DNA of 64,000 nt from Squalus acanthias (lineage: Eukaryota): positions 103,418,001 through 103,482,000 of the forward strand of contig CM059431.1 in assembly GCA_030390025.1 (NCBI GenBank), in the 5' to 3' direction. The notes under the pieces are model-generated. The model had not been told where the DNA came from. It did not search any database and saw only the letters and a list, made by a program, of their open reading frames with translations. Each line of letters starts with the position of its first letter. The stretch's first letter is position 1. Position numbers and translations under genes: made by a program. Below, piece by piece: positions 12,085 through 25,291 of this stretch.

Positions 12085-12770
12085 GACAAAGGACATCAGC
12101 GTATGACGTTTCATCTGTCAAAATTTTTTGACAGATGAATTGTCAGCATTTGACAGCTTTGAGAAGCTGTCAAACACTGACAATCTCTGTTCTAAGTTGA
12201 GCGCTTGTACTGAAGACTCACCAAACCTCTTTCCTCAGCAGAAATCAGATGGCTGCTGCATCTGAGAACGTAGCAGCCATTCTGTCATCTCTGCCGTTGA
12301 GATGAGGCACCGCCGGAACCCCAAGGGTTGAAGCCTGTAGCAAGAAACAAAGGTAAGTAAACTTTTTCTAATACTTTACACTCACCTCACATACTCACCT
12401 CTCCACACTTGCAACCATCACTCACCTCCACAGTGGACTTTTCGACCCCTCTCACCCCCGCAGACCCACTGCTCGTCTCGCTGACCCTGGCGAGGTTCGT
12501 AGCCGTCGGGAAGCCCGCACTTGCAGGGGTAAAATGGGGATAATCCTCTTAACTGCCTGTTAACTACCTGTTAACAGGCAGTTAATTGGCTGTAATCCAC
12601 TTCCCGCCTCGAGGAGACGGGTCCCTGCGCGACTCGGGGACCCGCCTCCCAGGAAGATGGCACGGAGGTGGGTTGGGAGCGGGTCTGGTACCCGCGCCCA
12701 GTTTCTGCCATTTTCCCGGAAGTCCCGCCTCCAAACCCGCCTCCCCAGGGCTGGGCAAGTTCCCTCCATA
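12085..12770 (-). mobile_element. Harbinger-type MITE family A (hairpin-chain family), reverse copy
   Basis: It shares the tgacag/ctgtca palindromes and the taactgcctgttaac block with 24441-25291 and 51488-52331. Confidence 0.75.
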
Positions 12771-13324
12771 GATTTTATTTTTGGCATGAATACATAAAAT
12801 AGAAATGTCGATGATGCATGGGAGATATCAGTAGAGTATGGGTAATATGGCAGGGGGATGGGAAATATCGCCAAGGCATGGGAATAACTCGGGCTTGGGA
12901 AATATTAGCGTAGCATGGGATGTCTAGGTAGGGCATGGGAAATATCCATAAGGCACAGGGACAATCCATAGAGCATGTGAAAGATTGACTCACCAAGTAA
13001 AGCCACCTCACAACTACCTGTTCTCCCGCTACGCTGTCTCACAAAGTCCTTAATTATATAAAACCTTCGCCACATTCAGTCATACAGCAGAAGTCTACAT
13101 TTTCCTTGTCATCATCAAATTCCCAATAGCAGAGGCTATGAGTTGATTTCTGTGTCAGGATTCATTTTTTGGGGAATTTCCAGGCTCAGTTGAATTTCTT
13201 GCAGGCAAACAAACATGTCACCCGCAGCCCTTTAAGAGCTGCAGTAGTGCCATAGGTTCTGAGCCACACTCTGCACGTTTCCACTGGGAGGCCCAATACA
13301 GGCCAGCAGCTCATCATTAATAGG

Positions 13325-13935
13325 GTAGAATTACATAGAATGTACAGCACAGAAACAGGCCATTCGACCCAACTGGTCGGTGCTGGTGTTTATGCTCCAC
13401 ACGAGCCTCCTCCCGCAGCTCTTCATCTCAACCCATCAGCATATCCTTCTATTCCTTTCTCCCTCATGTGTTTATCTAGCTTCTCTTTAAATGTGCCTAT
13501 GCTATTTGCCTCAACCACTCCCTGTGGTAGCGAGTTCCACATTCTCACCACTCTCTGGGTAAAGAAGTTTCTCCTGAATTCCTTATTGGATTTATTGGTG
13601 ACTATCTTATATTCATGACCCCTAGTCTTGGACGACCCTATAAGTGGAAACATACTTTCTATGTCTCCCCTATCAAACCCTTCCATAATCTTAAGGATCT
13701 CTATCAGGTCTTTTCTTTCTAGAGAAAAGAGCCCCAGCCTGTTCAGTCTTTCCTGATAGATATAACCTCTCAATTCTGGTATCATCCTTGTAAATCTATT
13801 TTGCACCTTCTCCAGTGCCTCTATATCCTTTTTATAATATGGAGACCAGAACTGTGCACAGTGCTCCAAATGTGGTCTAACCAAGGTTCGATACATGTTT
13901 AACATAACTTCTCTACTTTTCAATTCTATCCCTCG
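13325..13935 (-). mobile_element. CR1 LINE 3' fragment
   Basis: ORF 13423-13983 encodes the CR1 C-terminus. Confidence 0.92.
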
Positions 13936-14062
13936 AGAAAGGAGCATCAGAACTGACCCTAAAAGATCTGGCATGCTGGACACATCACTGACATTGGAAA
14001 ATTGGTCCTGTATCAGTTAATGTAAGGATGTGCTCCAACATTTAACTATACATATATTTAGT

Positions 14063-14536
14063 GTCAGCTGTGGCTCAGTGGGTAGCACCCTCGCCTCTGG
14101 GTCAGAAGGTTGTGGGTTCAAGTCTCACTCCAGGGACTTGAGCACATAAATCTAGGCTGACACTCCCAGTGCCAGTACTGAGGGAGCGCTGCACTGTCGG
14201 AGGTGCCGTCTTTCAGATGAGACGTTAAACTGAGGCCCCCGTCTGCTCTCTCAGGTGGACGTAAAAGATCCCACGGCCACTATTTCGAAGAAGAGCAGGG
14301 AAGTTCTCCCCGGTGTCCTGGGGCCAATATTTATCCCTCAACCAACATCACAAAAACAGATTATCTGGTCACTATCACATTGCTGTTTGTGGGAGCTTGC
14401 TGTGCGCAAATTGGCTGCCGCGTTTCCCACATTACAGCAGTGACTACACTTCAAAAAGTACTTCATTGGCTGTAAAGCGCTTTGGGATGTCCGGTGGTCG
14501 TGAAAGGCGTGATATAAATGCGAATCTTCCTTTCTA
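14063..14536 (+). mobile_element. Full-length tRNA-derived Deu-SINE (SacSINE1-like)
   Basis: A box tggctcagtgg, B box ggttcaagtct, Deu core and L2-like tail. Confidence 0.92.
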
Positions 14537-15636
14537 TTTAAACACATATGGCCTTGTTGCTAAAATTGTACAGCTTATGACTCTACTAAGAGCAGTTAAT
14601 AAAATCTAAGGTACTTTGATTCCCTAGAGTAGAATGTCTAAGCATGGTCTGGCAAATTGGCTACCCAGAAAACATAATAAACTTGATTTGTGTTATGCAA
14701 TCCCAATGTGGTTAATTATTACTATGCTGCCTTGATGTGCAGTCGGCTTTAGGATCTTAAAGATTCCATCCTACATTTATGCTTCTCTAGCAGAATACAT
14801 TTCATCGGCAAAAAAAAATAGTCTGCAAAAAAAACGTTTGATTTAAAAATAAATAATGATTAAAGCGGTGGAGAACAGCCCGAGAGAACAGAGGTGTATG
14901 CACAGACTGCTTGGACCCATTTTCTCTGTTACAACTTCTATGTATTTCTTTTGAAGATTTTTTTTTTTGGCCAGGGTCTCAGGAAAGGAAAGCGCTTTCC
15001 TGATAGATTTCATTTGACACATCTTTATTGCATGAGTAATTGATTTCATGCCTCAAAATCAAATAACATCACTTCTTTTCCAGTGACATCAAAGTATTTT
15101 CATACATAATAGAATGGGACATATTACAGGCAAGGGAAATGTGAGAGGAGAAGAAAACCTCCTTTTGCCCTTATCATTTCCATAGTGCCGCGCTTTCTTA
15201 ATTTTCAATTGGTTATGTGCGGTAAACACATTTTGACAGTGTTATGATTAATAATACGTAGGCAGTTGCGGAGTGTTTCGTCTTTAAATTAGCTCATAAA
15301 CTGGCGAAGATTGGAAATGTGCGCGAGAGTATGCTACATCAGAGTGGATGGAGTAAGTGAATATTGTCACAGGGCGCCCAGCAGAGTGGGGAAGAATAGT
15401 TCTCACCTTGCTATTCTTTTCTACGTCAGCCATGGGAGCCAGTGGCAAGCTTGCTCCAGTATTAAACCCTGCATGGGGACCCATTGTGACTTTGTGCTCG
15501 AGTGCATAACGAGCTGAAAATCGGGAGAGATGTTTGAACAAACTGACGGGCAGGAAAAGACCAGCGGGTCCGTCAGGCCTGCCCCCCACACCTCATGATG
15601 GCTGGAGCATTGTGACTAAACACTTCTTCCCAACCT

Positions 15637-17982
15637 CACCCACCCCCAGCCCCCTCACCCCCAACCCCCTCACCCCCTACCCCCTCACCCCCAACCCCCT
15701 CACCCCCAGCCCCCTCACCCCCAACCCCCTCACCCCCAACCCCCTCACCCCCAACCCCCTCACCCCCAACCCCTCACCCCCAACCCCCTCACCCCCACCC
15801 CCCTCACCCCCACCCGTCACCCCCAACCCCCTCACCCCCAACCCCCTCACCCCCAACCCCCTCACCTCCAACCCCCTCACCTCCAACCCCTTCACCCCCA
15901 ACCCCCAACCCCCTCACCCCCAACCCCGTCACACCCAACCCCCTCATCCCCAACCCCTCACCCACAACCCACTCACCCCCAACCCCCTCACCCCCACCCA
16001 TCACTCCCAACCCCCTCATCCCCAACCCCTCACCCCCAATCCCCTCACCTCCAACCCCCTCACTCCCAACCCCCTCACCCCCAACCTCCTCACCCCCACC
16101 CATCACTCCCAACCCCCTCACCCCCAACCCCCTCACCCCCACCCCCTCACCCCCACCTGTCACCCCCAACCCCCTCACCCCCAACCCCCTCACCCACAAC
16201 CCCCTCACCCCCACCCATCACTCCCAACCCTCTCATCCCCAACCCCTCACCCCCAATCCCCTCACCCCCACCCATCACTCCCAACCCCCTCACCCCCAAC
16301 CCCCTCACCCCCAACCCCTCACCCCCAATCCCCTCACCCCCACCCATCACTCCCAACCCCCTCACCCCCAACCCCCTCACTCCCAACCCCCTCACCCCCA
16401 ACCTCCTCACCCCCACCCGTCACTCCCAACCCCCTCACCCCCAACCCCCTCACCCCCAACCCCCTCACCCACACCCCCCTCACCCCCAACCCCCCTCACC
16501 CCCAACCCCCTCACCTCCAACCCCATCACCCCCAACCCCCTCACCCCCAACCCCCTCATCCCCAACCCCCTCACCCCCAACCCCCTCACCCACACCCCCC
16601 TCACCCCCAACCCCCTCACCCCCAACCCCCTCACCCCCTACCCCCTCACCCCCCAACCCCCTCACCCCAACCCCTCACCCCCAACCCCCTCACCCCCAAC
16701 CCCCTCACCCCCAACCTCCAACCCCCTCATCCCAACCTCCAACCCCCTCATCCCAACCCCCAACCCCATCACCCCCAACCCCCTCACCCCCAACCCCCTC
16801 ATCCCCAACCCCCTCACCCCCAACCCCCTCACCCACACCCCCCTCACCCCCAACCCCCTCACCCCCAACCCCCTCACCTCCAACCCCATCACCTCCAACC
16901 CCATCACCCCCAACCCCCTCACCCCCAACCCCCAACCCCCTCACCCCCAACCCCCTCACCCCCAACCCCCTCATCCCAACCCCCAACCCCCTCACCCCCA
17001 ACCCCCTCACCCCCAACCCCCTCACCCGCAACCCCCAACCCCCTCACCCCCACACCTCACCCCCAACCCCCTCACCCCCACACCTCACCCCCAACACCCT
17101 CACCCCCACCCTCACCCACCCTCACCCCCTCACCCCCACCCCTCACCCCCAACCCCCTCACCCCCACCCCTCACCCCCACCCCCTCACCCCACACCTCAG
17201 CCCCAACCCCCTCACCCCCACCCCCTCACCCCTAACCCCCTCACCCCACACCTCAGCCCCAACCCCCTCACCCCCACCCCTCACCCCCAACCCCCTCACT
17301 CCCACCCCTCACCCCCACCCCTCACCACCAACCCCCTCACCCCCACCCCGCACCCCCTCCCCTCACCCCCAACCCCCTCATCCCCAACCCCCTCACCCCC
17401 ACCCCTCACCCCAACCCCCTCACCCCAACCCCCTCATCCCCACCCCTCACCCCCCACCCCTCACCCCCAACCCCCTCACCCCCACCCCTCACCCCCAACC
17501 CCCTCACCCCCACCCCGCACCCCCACCCCTCACCCCCAACCCCCTCACCCCCACCCCTCACCCCAACCCCCTCACCCCAACCCCCTCACCCCCACCCCTC
17601 ACCCCCACCCCTCACCCCCAACCCCCTCACCCCCACCCCGCTCCCCCACCCCTCACCCCCAACCCCCTCATCCCCACCCCTCACCCCCAACCCCCTCACC
17701 CCATCCCCCTCACCCACACCCCTCCCCCCAACCCCCTCATCCCCACCCCTCACCCCCAACCCCCTCACCCCCAACCCCTTCACCCCCAACCCACTCACCC
17801 CCAACCCCCAACCCCCTCACCGCCAACCCCCTCACCCCAACCCCCACACCCCTCCCCCCCAACCCCCTCACCCCCACCCCTCACCCCCACCCCCCTCATC
17901 TCCACCCCTCACCCCCAACCCCCAACCCCCTCACCCCCAACCCCCTCACCCCAACCCCCACACCCCTCACCCCCAACCCCTC
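15637..17982. repeat. C-rich minisatellite, ~15-bp unit (cccctcacccccaac)n with variants
   Basis: About 2.35 kb of nearly G-free tandem repeats on the + strand. The flanks resemble a reverse CR1-type 3' UTR. Confidence 0.95.
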
Positions 17983-18154
17983 TAGCAGCCTCCTGGGAGA
18001 GGAACAAAAAACCAGATACAATAAGGGAAAAAAATACTCCAGAAAATTCCTCTCCGATCCCCTCAGGAGATTGAAGCCAGTCCAGGAGATCGCATTAAGG
18101 AGAAAAAGAAAGACTTGCATTTATATAGCGCCTTTTACAACCTCAGGACGTCCC

Positions 18155-18775
18155 ATTTCTCGAGGGATTGAATTGGAAAGTAGTGAAGTTATGCTAAACA
18201 TGTATCGAACCTTGGTTAGACCACACTTGGAGTACTGTGTACAGTTCTGGTCGCCATATTATAAAAAGGATATAGAGGCACTGGAGAGGGTGCAGAGAAG
18301 ATTTACAAGGATGATACCAGAAATGCGAGGGTATACATATCAGGAAAGGATGAACAGGCTGGGTCACTTTTCTCTTGAAAAGAGAAGGCTGAGGGGTGAC
18401 CTAATAGAGGTCTTTAAAATTATGAAAGGTTTTGATAGAGTGGATACAGAGAGAATGTTTCCACTTGTGGGGAAGAGCAAAACTAGAGGCCATCAATATC
18501 AGATAGTCACCAAGAAATCCAGTAGGGAATTCAGAAGAAACTTCTTTACCCAAAGAGTGGTGAGAATGTGGAACTCGCTACCACAGGGAGTGGTTGAGGC
18601 GAATAGCATGGATGCATTTAAGGGGCGGCTGGACAAGCATATGAGGGAGAAGGGAATAGAGGGTTATGCTGATAGAGTTAGATGAGGAAAGACGGGAGGA
18701 GGCTCGTGTGGAGCATAAACACCGGCATGGACTGGTTGGGCCGAATGGCCTGTTTCTGTGCCGTATATCCTATGT
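18155..18775 (+). mobile_element. CR1 LINE 3' fragment inserted in a reverse Deu-SINE tail
   Basis: ORF 18071-18685 is CR1. The SINE tail is split as ggacgtccca | aaagtgctttacagccaatg. Confidence 0.92.
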
Positions 18776-18796
18776 AAAGTGCTTTACAGCCAATGC

Positions 18797-19215
18797 CCAA
18801 CAGTCCACCACCTTAAACATTCACTCCCTCCACCACCGGCGCACCGTGGCTGCAGTGTGTACCATCTACAAGATGCACTGCAGCAACTCGCCAAGGCTTC
18901 TTCGGCAGCACCTCCCAAACCCGCGACCTCTTCCACCTAGAAGGACAAGGGTAGCAGACGCATGGGGACACCACCACCTCCAAGTTCCCCTCCAAATCAC
19001 ACACTATCCTGACTTGGAAGTATATCGGCCGTTCCTTCATCGTCGCTGGGTCAAAATCCTGGAGCTCCCTCCCTAACAGCACTGTGGGAGCACCTTCACC
19101 ACACGGACTGCAGCGGTTCAAGAAGGCGGCTCATCACCACCTTCTCAAGGGCAATTAGGGATGGGCAATAAATGCTGGCCTTGCCAGCGACGCCCACAGC
19201 CCGTGAATAATTTAA
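18797..19215 (+). mobile_element. 3' end of a further non-LTR LINE family (clade uncertain)
   Basis: It encodes NIHSLHHRRTVAAVCTIYKMH, a post-RT motif. A near-identical copy lies at 26425-26860. Confidence 0.75.
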
Positions 19216-19629
19216 AAAAAATGTAATATCCAGGGATAACTGATTGTCATTTTCAAAGAAAATACTGTGCAAGAGGGTGAAAACTGGTGGAATGAATATA
19301 TGTCCATCAGCCCACTCTGTCAGACCGATGTTGTATCACGGACGAGATGCACTGACGTGCACTTTGGGAATTTCCGAAGGTAGTGTGTTAGTTTTATTAT
19401 TCAGTGCCTTATTTCAGGATTGCGAAGGAAATCATTTCTCTGGACCACTGTGAAAAAGACAGTGTTAAATAATATATTCGCTTCATAAACATTTGCAGGC
19501 CTCACGGGTGAAATATGTATTAAGTATTACAGCAAGAACAAGTAGATGGTTACCTGTATAGATAAATAATACACCTCACACTCACATTGTTGATGGATTC
19601 GGTCAAGGTCCAGGAGAGGAGGGGCACAC

Positions 19630-20380
19630 TTACATAGGATTACATCGGATATATGGCACAGAACCAGGCATTCGGCCCAACCAGTCGATTCCGGCGTTTA
19701 TGCTCCACTCGAACCTCCTTCTGTCTTTCCTCATCTAACTCTATCAGCATCACCCTCTATTCCTTTCTCCCTTATCCAGCCTCCCTTTAAATGCACCTAT
19801 ACTATTCGCTTCAACCACTCCCTGTGGTAGCGAGTTCCACATTCTCACCACTCTCTGGGTAAAGAAGTTTCTTCTGAATTTCCTATTGGATTTCTTGGTG
19901 ATTATCTTATATTGATGGCCTCTAGTTTTGCTCTTCCCCATAAGTGGAAACACTCTCTCTGTATCCACTCTATCAAAACCTTTCATGTTTTTAAAGACCT
20001 CTATTAGGTCACCCCTCAGCCTTCTCTTTTCAAGAGAAAGAGACCCAGCCTGTTCATCCTTTCCTGATAGGTATACCCTCACATTTCTGGCATCATCCTT
20101 GCAAATCTTCTCTGCACCCTCTCCAGTGCCTCTATATCCTTTTTATAATATGGTGACCAGAACTGCACACAGTACTCCAAGTGTGGTCTAACCAAGGTTC
20201 GATACAGGTTTAGCATAACTTCACTACTTTTCAAATCTATCCCTCTAGAAATAAACCCTAGTGCTTGGTTTGCTTTTTTTTATGGCCTTGTTAACCTGTG
20301 TCGATACTTTCAGTGATTTGTGTATTTGGACTCCGAGATCCCTTTGCTCTTTTACCCCGTTTAGATTCTTATTTTCCACT
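19630..20380 (-). mobile_element. CR1 LINE 3' fragment
   Basis: It encodes EQRDLGVQIHKSLK and RRLRGDLIEVFK...RMWNSLP. Confidence 0.9.
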
Positions 20381-20679
20381 TCATGGGACTTCTGAACACC
20401 CCACCTGGCGAAGGAGGTGACAGAGTGCAGGCAGCACCAACCAGCCGCCTCACCAGAAGTGGCGGACTCAAAGGCAGCACACATCACAATGAGTACTCAG
20501 GCCACTCAAATCCTAGCAGACTGTCAGTGAAGCCCAGTAGCAGCCCACTGACTCCTTGTATAAAGCAGTGATTAGGAGCGAACGGTAGGTTCGGTGTCAC
20601 ACATCCGGAATAAAGAACAAGCGTAAAGGGGCTGTACCATGCCAACTCAAGCTGACAACCACCACACGTCAGCTAACGG

Positions 20680-20987
20680 TCATTTGAACATTGCGGTGCG
20701 TGCTTACTTGTTATTGATTACACCACATTGTCTTTGATGTAATGTTTTCCTGACTGACCTGTTTGGACACCATCCACACCTTTGATTGCCGTGATTGTCT
20801 CTCTGCCGAGGTGTGATAAAGGGCAGTTAGAAAGATTAACTGTAATCATCTGGCAGTGTTCTCTGACTATATATGCTGTGCCCATATGCATCTCTTCACT
20901 TCACCTGACGAAGGAGCAGCGCTCCGAAAGATTGTGATTTCAAATAAGACTGTTGGACTATAACCTGGTGTTGTGTGACTTCTCACA
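20680..20987 (+). mobile_element. Penelope-like element 3' repeat with a minimal hammerhead motif
   Basis: ctgacga-aggagcagcgctcc-gaaa at 20905-20929, then aataag, gttggactataacctggtgttgtg. It is homologous to the 3' end of the GIY-YIG copy at 35400-36259. Confidence 0.8.
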
Positions 20988-21014
20988 ATGGTAATAGAAA
21001 CCCAGCTTAAGATG

Positions 21015-21495
21015 GCAACAACAGCAACCTGCATTTATATAGCACCTTTACCACAGTAAAACGTCCCAAGGCGCTTCACAGGAGCGCTTATCAAACAAAA
21101 TTTGACACCGAGCCACATAAGGAGGTATTAGGACAGGTGACCAAAAGCTTGGTCAAAGAGGTTAGCTTCAAGGAGCGTCTTAAAGGAGGAGAGAGAGGTA
21201 GAGAGGGGCGGCGAGGTTTAGGGAGGTAATTCCAGAGCTTAGGGCCCAGGCAGCCGAAGGCCCGGCCATCAATGGTGGAGCGATTAAAATCGGGGCTGCG
21301 CAAGGGGCCAGAATTGGAGGAGCGCAGAGATCTCGGCGAGTTGTGGGGCTGGAGGAGGTTACAGAGATAGGAAGGGGGGTGAGGCCACGGAGGAATTTGT
21401 ACACAAGGATGAGTATTTGACATTTGAGGCATTGCCGGACCGGGAGCCAATGTAGATCTGTGAACAAAAGGTTGATGGGTGAATGGGACTTGGCG
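21015..21495 (-). mobile_element. L2 LINE 3' fragment
   Basis: It encodes FTDLHWLPVRQ..ILILVYK, then RSLRSS..GRAF..GPKLWN, and has a (ttg)n-like tail. Confidence 0.88.
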
Positions 21496-21523
21496 TGTGG
21501 GGGGTTGTTAAGGGAGAGAGGAA

Positions 21524-21990
21524 GGGTTGGATTTTCAATGACCCGTGGAGTCGGGTTTGGAGGCGTGTGGGGGGTTAAAGTTGCAGATTCAGGGGTCCCG
21601 ACCCCATCCCAAATTCATCCCGCCTCCACGCAATTTTGACAAAATCAGTCGTGGGGTTCCCGACTCCGTCCTGCCTCCAAGAGGCGGGAGAGGCCATTAA
21701 AGCCCTTAACAAGCCCTAAATTGGCTCTGTAATGCCATTTTGAAACGTTTTAGCTAGTTTAACCCTTTTCCGACATGAAGCACGCCTGATGTGAAACACT
21801 CCAGTGAAACCTGGCGGGAGCACAAGTGGATAGCTGACTATCAGCTGCAGGTCCACTATTACAACGGAGATGTGATGAACGTAGTAGTAGTATTAGGTCT
21901 GAAAGTCGCCTGTGATGCTGCTGCATTGAATGTCTTCAGAGACTGCCTGGCCTTGCTGTGAGAGGACCTGGATGGAAAAAAAAATTCTCT

Positions 21991-22030
<40 letters not shown>

Positions 22031-22314
22031 AGCTGCTGCTCATTTTGCATCCAGGTCCACTCACAGCAAAAGCCAGGCAGTCTCTGAGACCAGGCAGTCA
22101 GTCTCTGACCTGCAATGATGACATCATCAGAGGCGACTTTCAGACTGAAACCACTAATTAGTTCATGGGTTCCCACATGCTGGAACTCAATTGCCCAATT
22201 AGGTGAAAATTGCATAATTCATCCACATTAATCTGGAGTCGGGGGGGCAACACGAAATGCGGATGACACGACCCCAACCCGACCCCAACCTGACCCCAAG
22301 ACAAAATCCAGCCC
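21524..22314 (+). mobile_element. Harbinger-type MITE family B
   Basis: TIRs gggttggatttt and aaaatccagccc with 3-bp TSD gaa. It has an internal hairpin with a (ct)n loop. Confidence 0.85.
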
Positions 22315-23260
22315 GAAGTGTTTAGTCACGGTGTTCTGGCCATCAGGAGTGCGTGGCAGAGGCTTGACCAGCTGACCTTTCCTTGCCCATTCAGTCTCGT
22401 ATGGTGGTATAATGAAAACCAGCTCGCTACTTAAACAAAGTGCACTGCATTAAGATGGCACATCACTGGGCCCCAGTGTGCATCCTTGTATGGAAATTTT
22501 ATTTGACTAACTGTTTGAACACTTGCATGGACATGAAAGGATCATTGGAGCTACAGAAAGGCAAAGGCTTCCACTGACACAGAAGTTCTTATTGATCTTC
22601 GGCTCTTAACAATCTTTTGTTATTTAATACTGTCAGAAGATTGTGATAATGATGGATGAAACATCTATGAAAGTAGTTCACCAGTGTCCTGTAATTCAAT
22701 CTGCCCTCTACAATTCATTGTTCCTTAAAGATTTTGAATTTTCCCGTATTCTTTCAGCAGCCATTCTATTACTCTAGAGTGCAACTGTGAGAAGGTTCCA
22801 TCAATAGGCTTTCAGATGGTTAGTCCAATTACAGGATATTGCAGTCTGATCCAATTCCTTAGACACTACTATTGTTTTTACAGATCATTGTTTTAAAACA
22901 CGCTGGATGTGAGGCAGTGCTCGCCAAAGGACGCAGTGCTCTGTGTTAACCAGAGCAACACGCATTTGGGAATTCAAAGCAGGCCAGAAGAAATGTACAG
23001 AACTCTACGCCAGATATTAAAGAGGTTTTCTTTTTTTGCCACTGTGATAAAAGAACCAGAATGATAACAGAATTGAGAAAATGTCAAGCAAATACATTGG
23101 GATGCCTATGGGCGCCAAAGTGTTTGTGCTATAGCTCATTCCAAAGATTTTACTTTCAAACGAAATGGGTTAGAAATTGGACCTTGCTGCGTCCGTTTTA
23201 CAGGGTGCAATAAAGGTCAATTCCGGAGACCAATAAGGGCCAATTTCAGGCATCAATAAG

Positions 23261-24200
23261 GTGTGTGGATGGAAAGAGAGAGTGTGGATGGAGAGAGTGT
23301 GTGTGTAGATGGAGAGAGAGAGATTGTGGATGGAGAGAGAGAGTGTGGATGGAGAGAGAGTGTGTGTTTAGATGGAGAGAGAGAGAGAGTGTGGATGGAG
23401 AGAGTGTGTGTGTAGATGGAGAGAGAGAGAGAGTGGATGGAAAGAGTGTGTGTGTAGATGGAGAGAGAGAGTGTGGATGGAGAGAGTGTGTGTGTAGATG
23501 GAGAGAGAGAGATTGTGGATGGAGAGAGATTGTGGATGGAGAGAGAGTGTGTGTGTGTAGATGGAGAGTGTGTGTGGATGGAGAGAGTGTGTGGATGGAG
23601 AGAGTGTGTGGATGGAGAGAGTGTGTGGATGGAGAGAGTGTGTGTGTGTGTAGATGGAGAGTGTGTGTGGATGGAGAGAGTGTGTGGATGGAGAGAGTGT
23701 GTGGATGGAGAGAATGTGTGTGTGTGTGGATGGAGAGTGTGTGGATGGAGAGAGCGTGTGGATGAAGAGAGTGTGTGGATGGAGAGAGTGTGTGGATGGA
23801 CAGAGTGTGTGTGTGTGGATGGAGAGAGTGTGTGTGGAGAGTGTGTGGATGAAGAGAGTGTGTGTGGATGGAGAGAGTGTGTGGATGAAGAGAGTGTGGA
23901 TGGAGAGAGTGTGTGTGGAGAGTGTGTGGATGGAGAGAGTGTGTGGATGGACAGAGTGTGTGTGTGTGTGGATGGAGAGAGTGTGTGGATGGAGAGATTG
24001 TGTGTGGAGAGTGTGTGGATGGAGAGAGTGTGTGGATGGAGAGAGTGTGGATGAGAGAGTGTGTGGATGGAGAGAGTGTGTGGATGGAGAGAGTGTGTGG
24101 ATGGAGAGAGTGTGTGTGTGTGTGTAGATGGAGAGTGTGTGTGTGTGTGTGGATGGAGAGTGTGTGGATGGACAGAGTGTGTGTGTGGAGATGTAGATGG
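23261..24200. repeat. Compound microsatellite/minisatellite (tggatggagagagtgtg)n
   Basis: About 940 bp of gatgga + (ga)n + (gt)n units. Confidence 0.95.
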
Positions 24201-24440
24201 CTACAATTGGTACTTCACCTCAGCTAGAGATAAAATTCTGTCTGGGAACTGGTTGATTTCAGAGGCTTGATGTGGAGAAGTGAATCTCCTTCAGGCCAGC
24301 ACCATTTTGTGATGTTAATCTCAACAATCGAGAGCGAGTGAGCTGGATTGAAGATTCCAAGAAGTCAAAACTGCTGGAGATTCCATGTTTTTGTTTGCAA
24401 ATCAGAACGCTTGTCTTTTAGAGTTTGGGCAGACACAGGG

Positions 24441-25291
24441 GGGCTGGATTTTCAATGACCCGTGGAGCCGGGTTTGGAGTCGGGGGGGGTGGGGGGTTAA
24501 AGTTGCAGATTTGGGGGTCCCGACCCCATCCCACCTCCAACCCGCCTCCATGCCAGTTTCTCTGACGGCGGGTACCCGACCTGTTCTGAGACCCGACTCC
24601 CCGAGGCGGGAAGGGATTAGTGACAATTAACTGCCTGTTAACAGGTAGTTAACAGGCAGTTTTTTTCCTTAATACGTATTTTAAAAAGAAAAGTGTGGGC
24701 TTCCCGACAGGTGGCAACCACGCCAAGTTATCGGGGCGGGCCGTGGGTCTGCAGGGGTTGGAGGGGTCGATATGTCCGGTGGACAGGTGAGTGATGGGTG
24801 CATGTGTGCAGAGGTAAGTGTGTAAGGTAAGTGCTAAGTGTTGGAAAAAGTTTTACTTACCTTAACTTCCTCCTGCAGGTGTCAGCCCTTCAGTTCTCGG
24901 GAGTCAGAAATCTCACCGGCACAGAAAGCAGGAAAGCCGTGGTTCTGTCAAAACCTGCAGCCTTCTGTTTTCTGTGCTGGAATGATTTCTAACTCAGCCT
25001 GAGAGGAAGGACTGAAGTTAGAAATCATATTGTGAGTGTTTGACAGCTTCACAGAGCTGTCAAACGCTAATATTTCATCTGTCAAAAGCTCTTGACAGAT
25101 GAAATGTCAATCTGTGACGTCACCTGTTGCCGGGTGGCCCTTAATTGGCCTGCTGAGCTCACTGGGCGGGCTCAACTAGGTCAATCAAGGGAAAATACAG
25201 TGGGTTGGCCACATCTCGATGGAGGCGGGTTCACAAGCCAGAATGTGTGATTCCCGACCCCAACCCGACCCCAGACTTCAATATCCAGCCC
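24441..25291 (+). mobile_element. Harbinger-type MITE family A
   Basis: TIRs gggctggatttt and aatatccagccc, with internal palindromes. Confidence 0.82.

Noticed and set aside
14063..14135. tRNA gene
   Set aside because: The A and B boxes belong to the SINE head. It continues into the Deu core and has many decayed copies in the window.
15534..18074. 846-aa Pro/His-rich extensin-like ORF
   Set aside because: It is an artefact of a C-rich repeat that rarely forms stop codons, and it has a non-ATG start.
23265..24270. Cys/Trp/Glu-rich repetitive ORFs
   Set aside because: They are microsatellite translations in all three frames.
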